Under the pieces are notes generated by a model. It saw nothing but the letters and a program-made list of their open reading frames with translations. It had not been told where the DNA came from and ran no database searches. The position numbers were made by a program, and so were the translations under genes. From Pseudomonadota bacterium (GTDB lineage Bacteria > Bdellovibrionota_B > Oligoflexia > Oligoflexales > CAIYRB01): 64,000 bases of DNA. Where the stretch lies: the NCBI GenBank assembly GCA_026390445.1, contig JAPLFX010000033.1, positions 5,731-69,730 on the forward strand, given 5' to 3'. Within the stretch, counting starts at the first letter, position 1. Every line of letters starts with the position of its first letter. Of the stretch, positions 37,553 through 46,310 are shown one piece after another.

Positions 37553-38196
37553 TTTGCCGCTCCATTTAAAGGGGACGTCGATGCCGGCACCGCCGGCGGT
37601 GTGTGCGGGGCCGGCACCTGAGCGCTACAGGTGATGGCAGTTAGCCTTTCTGGGTCTAGATTGCGCCTGCAGGCTTCCTTATTCAACTTGGCCTTAGCCT
37701 CGCACTCGCTGGCCCCAGCTGCTTTGACAGCCAAATCAGGATTTAGATGCTGGCTGCCGTAGGCATCCGCACGGCACTTGGTCGGCTGACCATGCGCCTG
37801 ACACACCGCGCTTGCCGGTGGACAATGGCCGTTGCTAGCGTCCGGGACGCACTGGACTTCACCGAGCTTAGACGGCAAAAGGCCTGCAGCACATATTTGG
37901 CGATGCAGGTTTAGTTTCGCAGCGCAGCCATTGGGCCCCCAAGCGATCGACTGCTCGGCAACAGACTGGGCCTTACCAGCATAGGCTGCGGCGGAACAAA
38001 CCATCGGGTTGTAATCCATCGTGCAAACGGTGTTGCGAATCGGACATTCGGCGACAGAGGGCACATCTGCTACTGCAGGCGCCGTTGCTTTGGCCACGGG
38101 AGCAGCAACAGTCGCTGGGACTGGTACCACCGTTGGAGTTGTGCACGCTGCGACCATCAGCAGACTACAGCAAACATAAATGCGCATAGATCCCAT
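37549..38196 (-). CDS. Cys-rich lipoprotein with a tandem 6-Cys repeat
   Basis: Lipobox LLMVAAC. Two repeats (residues 51-116 and 125-190) have identical spacing C-x6-C-x8-C-x23-C-x10-C-x13-C. The ATG shares one nucleotide with the flgD stop (TGATG). Confidence 0.65.
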   Translation of the reverse strand: MGSMRIYVCCSLLMVAACTTPTVVPVPATVAAPVAKATAPAVADVPSVAECPIRNTVCTMDYNPMVCSAAAYAGKAQSVAEQSIAWGPNGCAAKLNLHRQICAAGLLPSKLGEVQCVPDASNGHCPPASAVCQAHGQPTKCRADAYGSQHLNPDLAVKAAGASECEAKAKLNKEACRRNLDPERLTAITCSAQVPAPHTPPAVPASTSPLNGAAK

Positions 38197-39404
38197 CAGG
38201 CCTTCTGGGCTTTAGCTGACGCTAGTTTATCGGATTTAACGGGGACCGGAGAGGGCTTTTCGACCTTCACAGCAGGGACTTGCGCCGCCGGAACTGGTCC
38301 AGGAACCGAGATCGGCAGCCGGACCGCAGTCTGCTCGCCAGAGCTGCCGTTGTTTAGACCAGTCGAGGCGGCGCCGGCACGCTTAGGCTCGGGTGTCTGC
38401 GCGTTTTGCTGCGCTGCTACCGCCACCGTTTTGGCCGGCGCCGGCGACCCTTCAGCGACGGCATCGCCAGCTAATGGTGGCACAAGATTTTCAACACTTG
38501 CCGGCCGAACCTTGCTATAGCCTTGCGAACCCACGGACGCCACCTCGCGCACACCAACCTTACCAACTGCGGTGTAAAACGAACCGCCGCCGTCGTGCAG
38601 ATCAACCCCAGTGACCTGGAGGGTGCTGGACACAGGTGCCGCTAAAGTCTGACCCTGCATATCCGTGGCTTGAATGCTAAAGGTGTAGGCACCGTCCGAC
38701 AGCGGTTTACCATTCTTATTGCCGCCGCTCCATTCCAGCTTGGTTTCCCCCGGCGCCACGTGGCCTAAGTCCTTGCTGGCAACAACCACCCCGGCACCGT
38801 CACGCACTTCAAGAATGGTCTTCACCGACTCGCTGTCGAGTTTGAAGCTCGCGTCCGTGGCCACTTTGCCACCCTCGACCATCAACTTGCCGTTATCCAG
38901 CTTGATGTCCTTACCGACAAAGTTGAGCAGGGTGACGGCTCGGCCAAGGGCCTCGTCGTTCTGCATCTTCTCGAGGTTTTTATTGACATTCATCATCTGC
39001 TCTAGACCGTGGAACTGCGCCAATTGCGCGGCCATCTGCGAGCTGTTGTCGGGGCTCATGGGATCCTGGTTGCGCATCTGCGTTACGAACAGTTTCAAAA
39101 AGGCGTCCTTGTCCAACTCGTTTTGCGGTTTACGCGTCACGCCTTGGTTTGCCTTGGCGGCCATCATCTTGGCAAACTCATCATCGGACTTAGCCATGCG
39201 CAGTTGATCGCCGTTTTTCTGTGCGACGCGCTCGCGGGCGGTATCATCATTCGAGTTCAGCAGAATATCGCGAAAGCTAGCTTTATCAGGCGCTCCGCCG
39301 TCCACCGCTTTCGCCGCGTCCGGCGCATTCACCTTGACATCGCTGAAGTCGCGCGTCGCGGGTGACTCGAAGGGCTTAAATTTGGCTTCCGTCGCTGCAT
39401 TCAT
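38196..39404 (-). CDS. flgD: Flagellar hook assembly/capping protein FlgD
   Basis: N-terminal FlgD block DKDAFLKLFVTQMRNQDPMSPDNSSQMAAQLAQFHGLEQ. FlgD Ig-like region LEWSGGNKNGKPLSDGAYTFSIQATD. Extended Pro/Ala-rich C-terminus. Confidence 0.88.
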   Translation of the reverse strand: MNAATEAKFKPFESPATRDFSDVKVNAPDAAKAVDGGAPDKASFRDILLNSNDDTARERVAQKNGDQLRMAKSDDEFAKMMAAKANQGVTRKPQNELDKDAFLKLFVTQMRNQDPMSPDNSSQMAAQLAQFHGLEQMMNVNKNLEKMQNDEALGRAVTLLNFVGKDIKLDNGKLMVEGGKVATDASFKLDSESVKTILEVRDGAGVVVASKDLGHVAPGETKLEWSGGNKNGKPLSDGAYTFSIQATDMQGQTLAAPVSSTLQVTGVDLHDGGGSFYTAVGKVGVREVASVGSQGYSKVRPASVENLVPPLAGDAVAEGSPAPAKTVAVAAQQNAQTPEPKRAGAASTGLNNGSSGEQTAVRLPISVPGPVPAAQVPAVKVEKPSPVPVKSDKLASAKAQKA

Positions 39405-39437
39405 AGCTGTTCATCCTTATCGTCAACTAATGCCGAG

Positions 39438-41819
39438 TCAGGCACGGACTGCGATCCTACCTTGATCGTTGACTTGACCTTGCAGCATTGCGGCCGGTAC
39501 CCGCGGCCGTGCGATCGTACTCACAGGGTTGACCTGAGGTGTGCGGACTTGTCCCCGCCATTCATCCTGCGACCGACCACCCATTTGTTGCCCGCCGCCC
39601 TGCTGGTTCATCCCAGTGAATTGCTGCTGGGACTGCGGCTGCCGGCCACTCACGCCGACCTCGACCTTGCCGAGCTGGACGTTTTGGATCGCTAAGGCGC
39701 CTTTCAATTGGTTCAGGTCGGCGGCGATGGCATCACGAGCGCGGTCAGATCCGGCGAGTACGCGCAGATCGATCTTGTCTTTGTTCATATTTAGGGCCAA
39801 CTCAAGCGGTCCGAACTCAGGTGAACTCAAGTCGAGTCGCACCGTACCGCCACCCTGCTTTACCAACATCGTCGCGTGGTTGACCACCTTCTGCATCAAA
39901 TCGAAGCGATTCTGCACGTTTAGTGGCTCAGTAGTGGCGGCGGCCGACGTTGCAAAGCTAGTCGTATGCGTTTGCTGGGTCTGCGGTTGGTGTAGACTCA
40001 GGCCTAGCTCGCGGAGGCCTTTACCGTGGTCCGATTGCTGACCAGGATCACGGCTTGGCTGCTCGCCGCCCGAAGAGTTGCGGTCGCCACTCTTCTCCTC
40101 AGAGGTCATCATGAGCATCGGTGACTGCAGGCGAAGGTCCTGCATCGGCTGCGCTGAGCTTTGCGGCGCATCGAACCTAATCGTTTCCACCTTGGTCAGG
40201 CCAAAGACATCGGAGTTATTTTGCATCAGGTCACGGAGAAGCGCCTTTTGATCGAGAGCCTCAAAACGAGCGCCCTGGGAGGAGGCTGAGGCCGGCATCA
40301 CCGTCGCGACCTCCGTGGTTTTAACCTGCATCATCACCACGCCTGGGTCATTGGCTCGCCCCTTAAGCAACGCAAAGGCTGCCTCGGGTTTACCTGATAC
40401 ATCGAGGCCACGGCTAAGTATCTGTTCGTTGAGAAAAGGGTCAAAGGACACTGCTCGCTGCGTCGGCTCAGGGTCTGCTAGCACCACCGTATCAGCAGCC
40501 CGCATCTTGGCGCCGAGCTGAGCAAACGCATCAAAAGAAGCTTTGTTTAATGTTGCTGGCTGGTCAAAGTCGTTCCTCGGGCGTGCCAGTGGGGCATCTT
40601 GCAGCGTCAAGACATCGAGAGAACCATCTGGATTGGCTCTAGCGATGACGGCTTCGAGAGAGTCATCGACGCCATTCGGTGCCCTGAGCATTGAAGCGGC
40701 GACGACCACGCGCTCGTCCGCGGGAGCCAATGGAGTCGCCTTAAGCAGGTCAGAGATTGGCCGTTGCGTTCTCGGCAATCCCTGCATAGCTGCCATCAGA
40801 GCTTGCGGCGACAGCTCATCGGACTGGCTAGGCCGCTCAGGTAACGCTTCGGCCGGTATCTGCAAGCCAGGGTTTAATCCGTTTAGCCCGTTTAATCCAG
40901 GATAAGGCTTGGGCTCCAACGGTGTTGGAGATAGCGTGTTCGGCTTGGCAACCCAGGCAAAGCCGATCGGATCCACATCGGCGACTAATGGGATGGTCGG
41001 AGTCACCGGCGTTGGCCCTGGCATCTGCTGCTGGCCTAACTGACCCAGCCGGTCCGCCTGAATTGGCTGCACCGGCTGTGGCTGCAGGGCAACAGGCGCA
41101 ACCAGGTCGGCAGTCGTGGGGTTCAGCGCCTGCGCCCGATTGATATAGGGCGCCAAGCCTTCAAGCGGCAGATTAGCCTTCAGTTGCGTCAGCTCAGCCA
41201 TCACCCTTTGCGGGTCAATGCCCATGGCCTTGAGAAAGGCGTTTGGCGTGAGCTTTTGCCCAGGATCCAACCCGACGGCCTGAACCTGCTGGAGCATTTG
41301 AGGCGGTAGTCCAAGATCATTAACAAGGTCGGCAACAGCTGCCGGCTTGTTTAGGTACTCGGGAATCTCATCGGTCGATAGCGCGTCATTGATGAATTTA
41401 TTGCCCGTCACCAGAGCTGGAATGTCGGTTGCAGGAACCCTATCGAGTTTCCCGGTTAACATAGCGACTGCGGGAGATTTATCGACGTCATGTTTGACTG
41501 CCGCCGAAGTCCTTTTCGGCGCCTGACCAGCCGTCGTCGACGAGTCATTGACCTGTGCGTCTTGTGTACCCCTGGTGGGAGTTGGCCTGGCCGCCGTGCC
41601 TGCAGCCGCAGCTGAGGTAGCTTGGCTACCACTGGGAGCCGCGCTCGGCTTCATCAGCTCATCGCTAAAACTCCGCCCGCTGCCCGCCTTAGCTGCCGGC
41701 ACGACAGACGGCTGATTGACACGCGTGCCCTCCGGCGCTGGCGCCGCGGTCATCGGCATGGGGTTTTGCGAGGTGAGGAGACTGGCGGCCACTAAAGTTT
41801 TCTCCGTTGAATCCGACAA
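39438..41819 (-). CDS. fliK: Flagellar hook-length control protein FliK
   Basis: Long Pro/Gln/Ala-rich low-complexity body. C-terminal FliK domain GGGTVRLDLSSPEFGPLELALNMNKDKIDLRVLAGSDRARDAI...LKGAL. The track start is TTG 41819; GTG 41792 (GGAG upstream) is an alternative. Confidence 0.8.
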   Translation of the reverse strand: MSDSTEKTLVAASLLTSQNPMPMTAAPAPEGTRVNQPSVVPAAKAGSGRSFSDELMKPSAAPSGSQATSAAAAGTAARPTPTRGTQDAQVNDSSTTAGQAPKRTSAAVKHDVDKSPAVAMLTGKLDRVPATDIPALVTGNKFINDALSTDEIPEYLNKPAAVADLVNDLGLPPQMLQQVQAVGLDPGQKLTPNAFLKAMGIDPQRVMAELTQLKANLPLEGLAPYINRAQALNPTTADLVAPVALQPQPVQPIQADRLGQLGQQQMPGPTPVTPTIPLVADVDPIGFAWVAKPNTLSPTPLEPKPYPGLNGLNGLNPGLQIPAEALPERPSQSDELSPQALMAAMQGLPRTQRPISDLLKATPLAPADERVVVAASMLRAPNGVDDSLEAVIARANPDGSLDVLTLQDAPLARPRNDFDQPATLNKASFDAFAQLGAKMRAADTVVLADPEPTQRAVSFDPFLNEQILSRGLDVSGKPEAAFALLKGRANDPGVVMMQVKTTEVATVMPASASSQGARFEALDQKALLRDLMQNNSDVFGLTKVETIRFDAPQSSAQPMQDLRLQSPMLMMTSEEKSGDRNSSGGEQPSRDPGQQSDHGKGLRELGLSLHQPQTQQTHTTSFATSAAATTEPLNVQNRFDLMQKVVNHATMLVKQGGGTVRLDLSSPEFGPLELALNMNKDKIDLRVLAGSDRARDAIAADLNQLKGALAIQNVQLGKVEVGVSGRQPQSQQQFTGMNQQGGGQQMGGRSQDEWRGQVRTPQVNPVSTIARPRVPAAMLQGQVNDQGRIAVRA

Positions 41820-41869
41820 GGACTAGAAGCGCGTCGATCTCGGTAAATAGAACGACTCGTATCTACCTA

Positions 41870-41885
41870 AGCAGGAAGCGTGCCA
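41870..41885 (-). promoter_or_regulatory. Sigma-54 (-24/-12) type promoter upstream of fliK
   Basis: The minus strand reads TGGCACGCTTCCTGCT. Against the consensus TGGCAC-N5-TTGCW there is one mismatch and correct GG/GC spacing. It lies about 50-80 nt upstream of the candidate fliK starts. Confidence 0.5.
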
Positions 41886-42019
41886 CCGCCTCGCGCAATA
41901 GAACTCAATGGGTTATCGCCGGGGGGAGGGCTCCGGCTAGGCGAAGTCGACCCGTCTACCGGCAGAACTTTCCCAGCCACCAGCGGCGGCGTCAGCGGCG
42001 TTCGCGAAGAAGGTCTTGC

Positions 42020-42826
42020 TTAGCCGCGCAACCAGTCGGCTACGGCCTGAGACAGTTCCTTCGGCCGATCCAAGCTGATTTCATGGCCAGCTTGAGCAAT
42101 CGGCTGCAATCTGGCGCAAGGCAGAAGCTGCGCCAGCTTCTCACTATTGGTATTAGGCACGAACCGATCGTCGGTACCGTAGAGGACCAAGGTTGGCACC
42201 TGCATCTGTTGTAAATCTTTTTTGACTAAAAACCGTGCCGCCGCAACGAGTTGCTTTAACACCATCCAAAAGTAAAGACCTTCGTCCTTGGCGATGGCAG
42301 CGTACTCACGGGTGAACTTCGCCTTTGCGACAGGCAGACAAGACGGCGAGACCAATACATCGACCAAACGAGCGTGAAACCGCTCATCACGAAACCGCGC
42401 CGCCTGCGCCAAAGTCACCACGGCGCGCGGCGACAAGCGCAGCACCCGCTGACCGGCGATACTGGTATTCATCACGATCAACGAACGACACCTGGCCGGA
42501 AATTTAATACCGAGCGCCAGCGTCACCATCCCGCCAAGCGACACTCCCATGATGTGCGCTTTGTCGATCTTCAGGTGGTCCAAGACGGCCGTGACGTCAT
42601 CAGCATGCGCAAAGATCGATTGACTCCACTTGGCCGTTGCCGTCGACCGTCCCATGCCGCGCAAGTCGATCGTAATCACCTGCACCCCGGCCTGCTCGGC
42701 CAAGTCTTTTTCGTAACCAAGCCAATGACGCACGGTACGGCCCAGGCCGCGAAGAAGGACGAGCGGGGGGCCCTGGCCGTTGACTTCATAATAGATATCA
42801 CCAGACGTCGTCTTCAGTATCGGCAT
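42020..42826 (-). CDS. Alpha/beta-fold hydrolase
   Basis: 268 aa. PPLVLLRGLG (oxyanion region), nucleophile elbow MGVSLGG, and C-terminal AGHEISLD. Confidence 0.85.
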   Translation of the reverse strand: MPILKTTSGDIYYEVNGQGPPLVLLRGLGRTVRHWLGYEKDLAEQAGVQVITIDLRGMGRSTATAKWSQSIFAHADDVTAVLDHLKIDKAHIMGVSLGGMVTLALGIKFPARCRSLIVMNTSIAGQRVLRLSPRAVVTLAQAARFRDERFHARLVDVLVSPSCLPVAKAKFTREYAAIAKDEGLYFWMVLKQLVAAARFLVKKDLQQMQVPTLVLYGTDDRFVPNTNSEKLAQLLPCARLQPIAQAGHEISLDRPKELSQAVADWLRG

Positions 42827-42828
42827 GA

Positions 42829-45372
42829 TCAGCGGCCTTTATCTTCGAGGTCTTGTAGCCTTTCGTTTAGCGCTCTGAGCTTAGTTTGCAAGGTATTGAC
42901 CTGTTCTTCCAGGGCTTTCAACGGAGTTGCGGCGCTGCTACGCAGGCCTTTGAGCAGCGGATCGATGGCCACCTGCTCCTGCAACGGCACGCGTAGCCTA
43001 TAGGCCTCAAGCGCTGCTATTTCACCGGTCGCCCTGGCCGCGCTCAGCGCCTTGGCGGCCTCTTTGCGCACACTGGCTTCAGGGTCGCGCAGTAGGTCGA
43101 CACAGCGCTCGATGATTTGGGCCTGAAGGCCGCGCTCAACATAGGGTGCGATCGCCGCTAGTCCACGCAAGGCGCCACCACGGGCACGGTACGGGGTTTC
43201 ACCTGGTGCCGTGGCCGCCAGGAGCTGCGGCACCACTTCGGGGCGCCGGGTTTGACCGAGTGCGGCCAAGGCCGTCGCTTGTTCGACCCCATGTCGCGGG
43301 TGGGTGATCTTCGCCGCCGCCTGCAACAAGTCCAGCGGGGCACGATCGCGCTGCTTACCTAAGGCGCTGTAAAGCGACGCCTGCGCCTTGGGACCGAGGC
43401 CACCTCGAGCATGCCGCTGAACCAAAGCCGCCTGAATCCGCTCATCACGAAGGAGCCCAGCCTGGCTGAAAACAGTTGGCAAAACCAAGGGGTCTTCTTC
43501 GCTTGCGATGATTCCGACCAATGCGGCTATACCCTCTTCCGATTTACTACTCGCTAGTGCTTTGATCATCTCACAACGAACGCCCCAAAATGTCTCCCCG
43601 CCGTATGCTGCCTGAACCGCCCGGAGATCCGCTCGCTTGCCGGTCTTCACGAGCTGCTGCGCGGCATGGATGCGCCCGGGGACATCCTTAGCCTTGCTCA
43701 GCTGCTCCTTGAGCTTTGCTGAGCCGGGATCAAAATCAAGCGAATGCAGAACCTTCCAGGATGGGTCAAAGCGAACCTGCTCAGGATCTTGCGACATCGC
43801 GACCTGGAAGGTGTGCCGGGCTTCCGTCAAAGCGATCTTTTGACTGAAGTCTTCGCCACCGATCGTCCAAGCAATCTCCGTATTCAGCTCGAAGGCGGGA
43901 ATCCGCGCCTTCTCGTCTACCTGCTTTTGCTCGATCGTAAAGGAGCCTACGTGTCTTTCCGCATCATAGCTAAAGGCGACCTTCAACTGCGGATAGCTCG
44001 CCGTGTAAATCCACTGGTCAAACAGCTTTTGCAAGGACCTGCCAGCATGCTTCTCCAGCATGCGCTGAAAGTCATGGGTCTCCACAACCTGATCACGAAA
44101 GGTCTGCAGGTATTCCGTCACCGCTTGCCAAAACAGCACGTCGCCGATTTCGTGGCGCAAGGTGTGCAGTCGGCAACCTCCGCCTGGATACAAATGCCGA
44201 TCGTACATCTGCCATGATGAGGTAAAAGTACGCGTCACCAAGGGCCTGGCGTAGCTATCTTGAACCTCCTCGATATAGCGCTGAGCATTTGAATAAAGGT
44301 CATAGAGTTGTTCGTCGCTGCCCTTACTGTCTTCAAGCCAGCAAGTCTCCATATAGGTTGCCCAAGACTCCTTTAGCCACGCATGGGCGAAGTCTCGGCA
44401 CACCACCAGGTCGCCGAAATAGGAATGGGCCATCTCATGGATATTCACCTGATCGGTCAACCAGCCGCCTTCGGCAATGCTGCGTTGGTCGCAGACCAGG
44501 TCATCGTTCCAGCTAACCAGGGAGATGTTCTCCATGGCGCCGCCGTAATCCGGCAAGGCAAACTGATAATATTTAGGAAAGGGAAAAGGCACACCCAGGC
44601 GCCTGGTGATCCAGCTGAGCATCGCCTTGGTGCGGCCAAAACTCAGTTCCAGGTCCTGTGGGCTAAAATCTCTGCAGCCAAAATAGGCGACCTCCAGCGT
44701 GTCGAAAGTGCCGTCATCAAAGCGGGTAAAATCCCCCACCGCAAAGCACACCAAATAACTTGGGCAACGTTGATCTAGACGCCAATGCGCGGTTTTCGTG
44801 CCGTCGCCATGGACCTCTTCGGACTCCAACCTGCCGTTGGCCAAAATACTCAGCGATTCCGCCGCAGTGATATGAAACGCCAGGGTCGTGCGGACGTTGG
44901 GCTGGTCGATGCAGGCGAGCCAGTAGCGGGCCAGCTCGGTTTCGTGGTCCGTCGCCACCGCTAGCGGCTTGGCTGGATCCGCGGCGCTCGGAGCCTTGAA
45001 AAACATCCCTGATATCGGGTGCTCAACACGGTAACTCAAAGCGACCGAGCGCTGCTCACCGTGCGCAAAAGGTCTGGCCCACGTCAGCACGATTTTCTTG
45101 CCATCGTAAGTCAAATGCGGTGCATCCACCTCCGCCACGACGACTAGCCCAAGAAAATCGATCCCATCTAAAACCAAGGTCTTAGTGCCGGCCTTTCGCG
45201 CTACCACCGTGGTCCGTACCAGCACCTTGGCAGTCTCCGCCTCAATCGCCAAAGACAGCGAAATATCTAGATGAACCGGCTCAATCTCGAGGTTTGGTGG
45301 ATAATGGGGCGTCGGCAGCTCGCCGCCAAAGGAATGGTTCGGTGCGTCGCGCCGGCATCTGCAAGTGGCCAT
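42829..45372 (-). CDS. M1-family aminopeptidase (aminopeptidase N-like) with C-terminal HEAT-like repeats
   Basis: GAMEN exopeptidase motif (YGGAMENIS). HEMAHSYFGDLV...WLKESWATY (HEXXH-x18-E). Confidence 0.9.
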   Translation of the reverse strand: MATCRCRRDAPNHSFGGELPTPHYPPNLEIEPVHLDISLSLAIEAETAKVLVRTTVVARKAGTKTLVLDGIDFLGLVVVAEVDAPHLTYDGKKIVLTWARPFAHGEQRSVALSYRVEHPISGMFFKAPSAADPAKPLAVATDHETELARYWLACIDQPNVRTTLAFHITAAESLSILANGRLESEEVHGDGTKTAHWRLDQRCPSYLVCFAVGDFTRFDDGTFDTLEVAYFGCRDFSPQDLELSFGRTKAMLSWITRRLGVPFPFPKYYQFALPDYGGAMENISLVSWNDDLVCDQRSIAEGGWLTDQVNIHEMAHSYFGDLVVCRDFAHAWLKESWATYMETCWLEDSKGSDEQLYDLYSNAQRYIEEVQDSYARPLVTRTFTSSWQMYDRHLYPGGGCRLHTLRHEIGDVLFWQAVTEYLQTFRDQVVETHDFQRMLEKHAGRSLQKLFDQWIYTASYPQLKVAFSYDAERHVGSFTIEQKQVDEKARIPAFELNTEIAWTIGGEDFSQKIALTEARHTFQVAMSQDPEQVRFDPSWKVLHSLDFDPGSAKLKEQLSKAKDVPGRIHAAQQLVKTGKRADLRAVQAAYGGETFWGVRCEMIKALASSKSEEGIAALVGIIASEEDPLVLPTVFSQAGLLRDERIQAALVQRHARGGLGPKAQASLYSALGKQRDRAPLDLLQAAAKITHPRHGVEQATALAALGQTRRPEVVPQLLAATAPGETPYRARGGALRGLAAIAPYVERGLQAQIIERCVDLLRDPEASVRKEAAKALSAARATGEIAALEAYRLRVPLQEQVAIDPLLKGLRSSAATPLKALEEQVNTLQTKLRALNERLQDLEDKGR

Positions 45373-45492
45373 CTTTCGAAACTCTCCGTCCGCTCTAAGA
45401 TCATATTAGGAATAAGAACCTGTTATTCATAGCCGTCTGAGCGTCGGTCTGTCCATCGCCTCGCGCCTAGCCTAAACAAAGCTCCTTTCCGG

Positions 45493-45521
45493 TTGACAGA
45501 TGGGATCGGTTCGACCACTAT
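45493..45521 (+). promoter_or_regulatory. Candidate sigma-70 promoter for rplU-rpmA
   Basis: TTGACA (45493-45498), a 17-nt spacer, then CACTAT. It lies about 45 nt upstream of the rplU start. The -10 element is weak. Confidence 0.3.
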
Positions 45522-45565
45522 GGGGCCCTCGCAAAGAGGTATCCAGTTTCGGAGGAAGTCTCAAG

Positions 45566-45874
45566 ATGTACGCGGTGATACGGGCCGGCTCTCGGCAGTT
45601 CAAAGTAGCCCAAGGCGAAACCCTAACGATTGACCGGGTTCCCGGCAACGTCGGTGATAAATTTACGTTCGACCAAGTGCTTTTGGTTGGCGGCTCGACG
45701 ATTAAGGTGGGGGCTCCAACAGTAGCCGGCGCCTCGGTCAGCGCCACGATCAAGAGCCAAGAAAAAGCGGACAAAATCACGGTGTTTAAATACAAACGCC
45801 GCAAGAATTACAAGCGCACGTACGGCCATCGTCAACCGATCACCGTGCTCGAAATCGGCGCTATCAACGCCTAA
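45566..45874 (+). CDS. rplU: 50S ribosomal protein L21
   Basis: MYAVIRAGSRQFKV... behind GGAGGA. The longer track ORF (45500) is an upstream extension. Confidence 0.95.
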   Translation: MYAVIRAGSRQFKVAQGETLTIDRVPGNVGDKFTFDQVLLVGGSTIKVGAPTVAGASVSATIKSQEKADKITVFKYKRRKNYKRTYGHRQPITVLEIGAINA

Positions 45875-45892
45875 AACAGAAGGTCCAAGACC

Positions 45893-46150
45893 ATGGCACA
45901 CAAGAAAGCAGGCGGCAGTAGTCGAAACGGTCGGGATTCAAACCCCCAGTACCGTGGCGTTAAAGTCTACGGCGGCCAATCCGTTACTGCGGGCAGCATC
46001 CTGGTTCGTCAAGTTGGCGGTACCGTCAAGAATGGCACCAACGTCGGCTTAGGCCGCGATTTCACGTTGTTTGCATTGGTCGATGGCGTGGTCTCCTACG
46101 AGACGACCGCTGGCAACCGCAAACGCGTCAGTGTTCAGCCCTTAGCTTAA
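45893..46150 (+). CDS. rpmA: 50S ribosomal protein L27
   Basis: [24 protein letters not shown]... Confidence 0.96.
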   Translation: MAHKKAGGSSRNGRDSNPQYRGVKVYGGQSVTAGSILVRQVGGTVKNGTNVGLGRDFTLFALVDGVVSYETTAGNRKRVSVQPLA

Positions 46151-46310
46151 TCCACCTCCCCGCGAGGCAGGTTAAGCAGCAGTCAGCCTGGGATCTTGTG
46201 GTTCCGGGCTTTTCCCTTAAAAGTACGACTTCCCCTTTCCCTCTGCCTTGGCCTTGACCCTTTTTCCTGCCGCTAGCTCGTCCCATTTCTCTCACACAGA
46301 TGGCGTTCAC

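Noticed and set aside
37549-38196. Assigning the 6-Cys repeats to the Kazal protease-inhibitor family
   Set aside because: Only the first three Cys and the CT(M/L)(D/E)Y(N/R)P stretch resemble Kazal. The C3-C4 (23 vs about 10) and C4-C5 (10 vs 2-3) spacings do not fit.
42374-43003. 209-aa + strand ORF, and similar long antisense ORFs (43744..44217, 44383..44778, 10073..10540, 11346..11861, 51978..52499)
   Set aside because: Each lies opposite a gene with clear family motifs, and each has Arg/Pro/Ser-biased composition typical of non-coding frames in GC-rich DNA.
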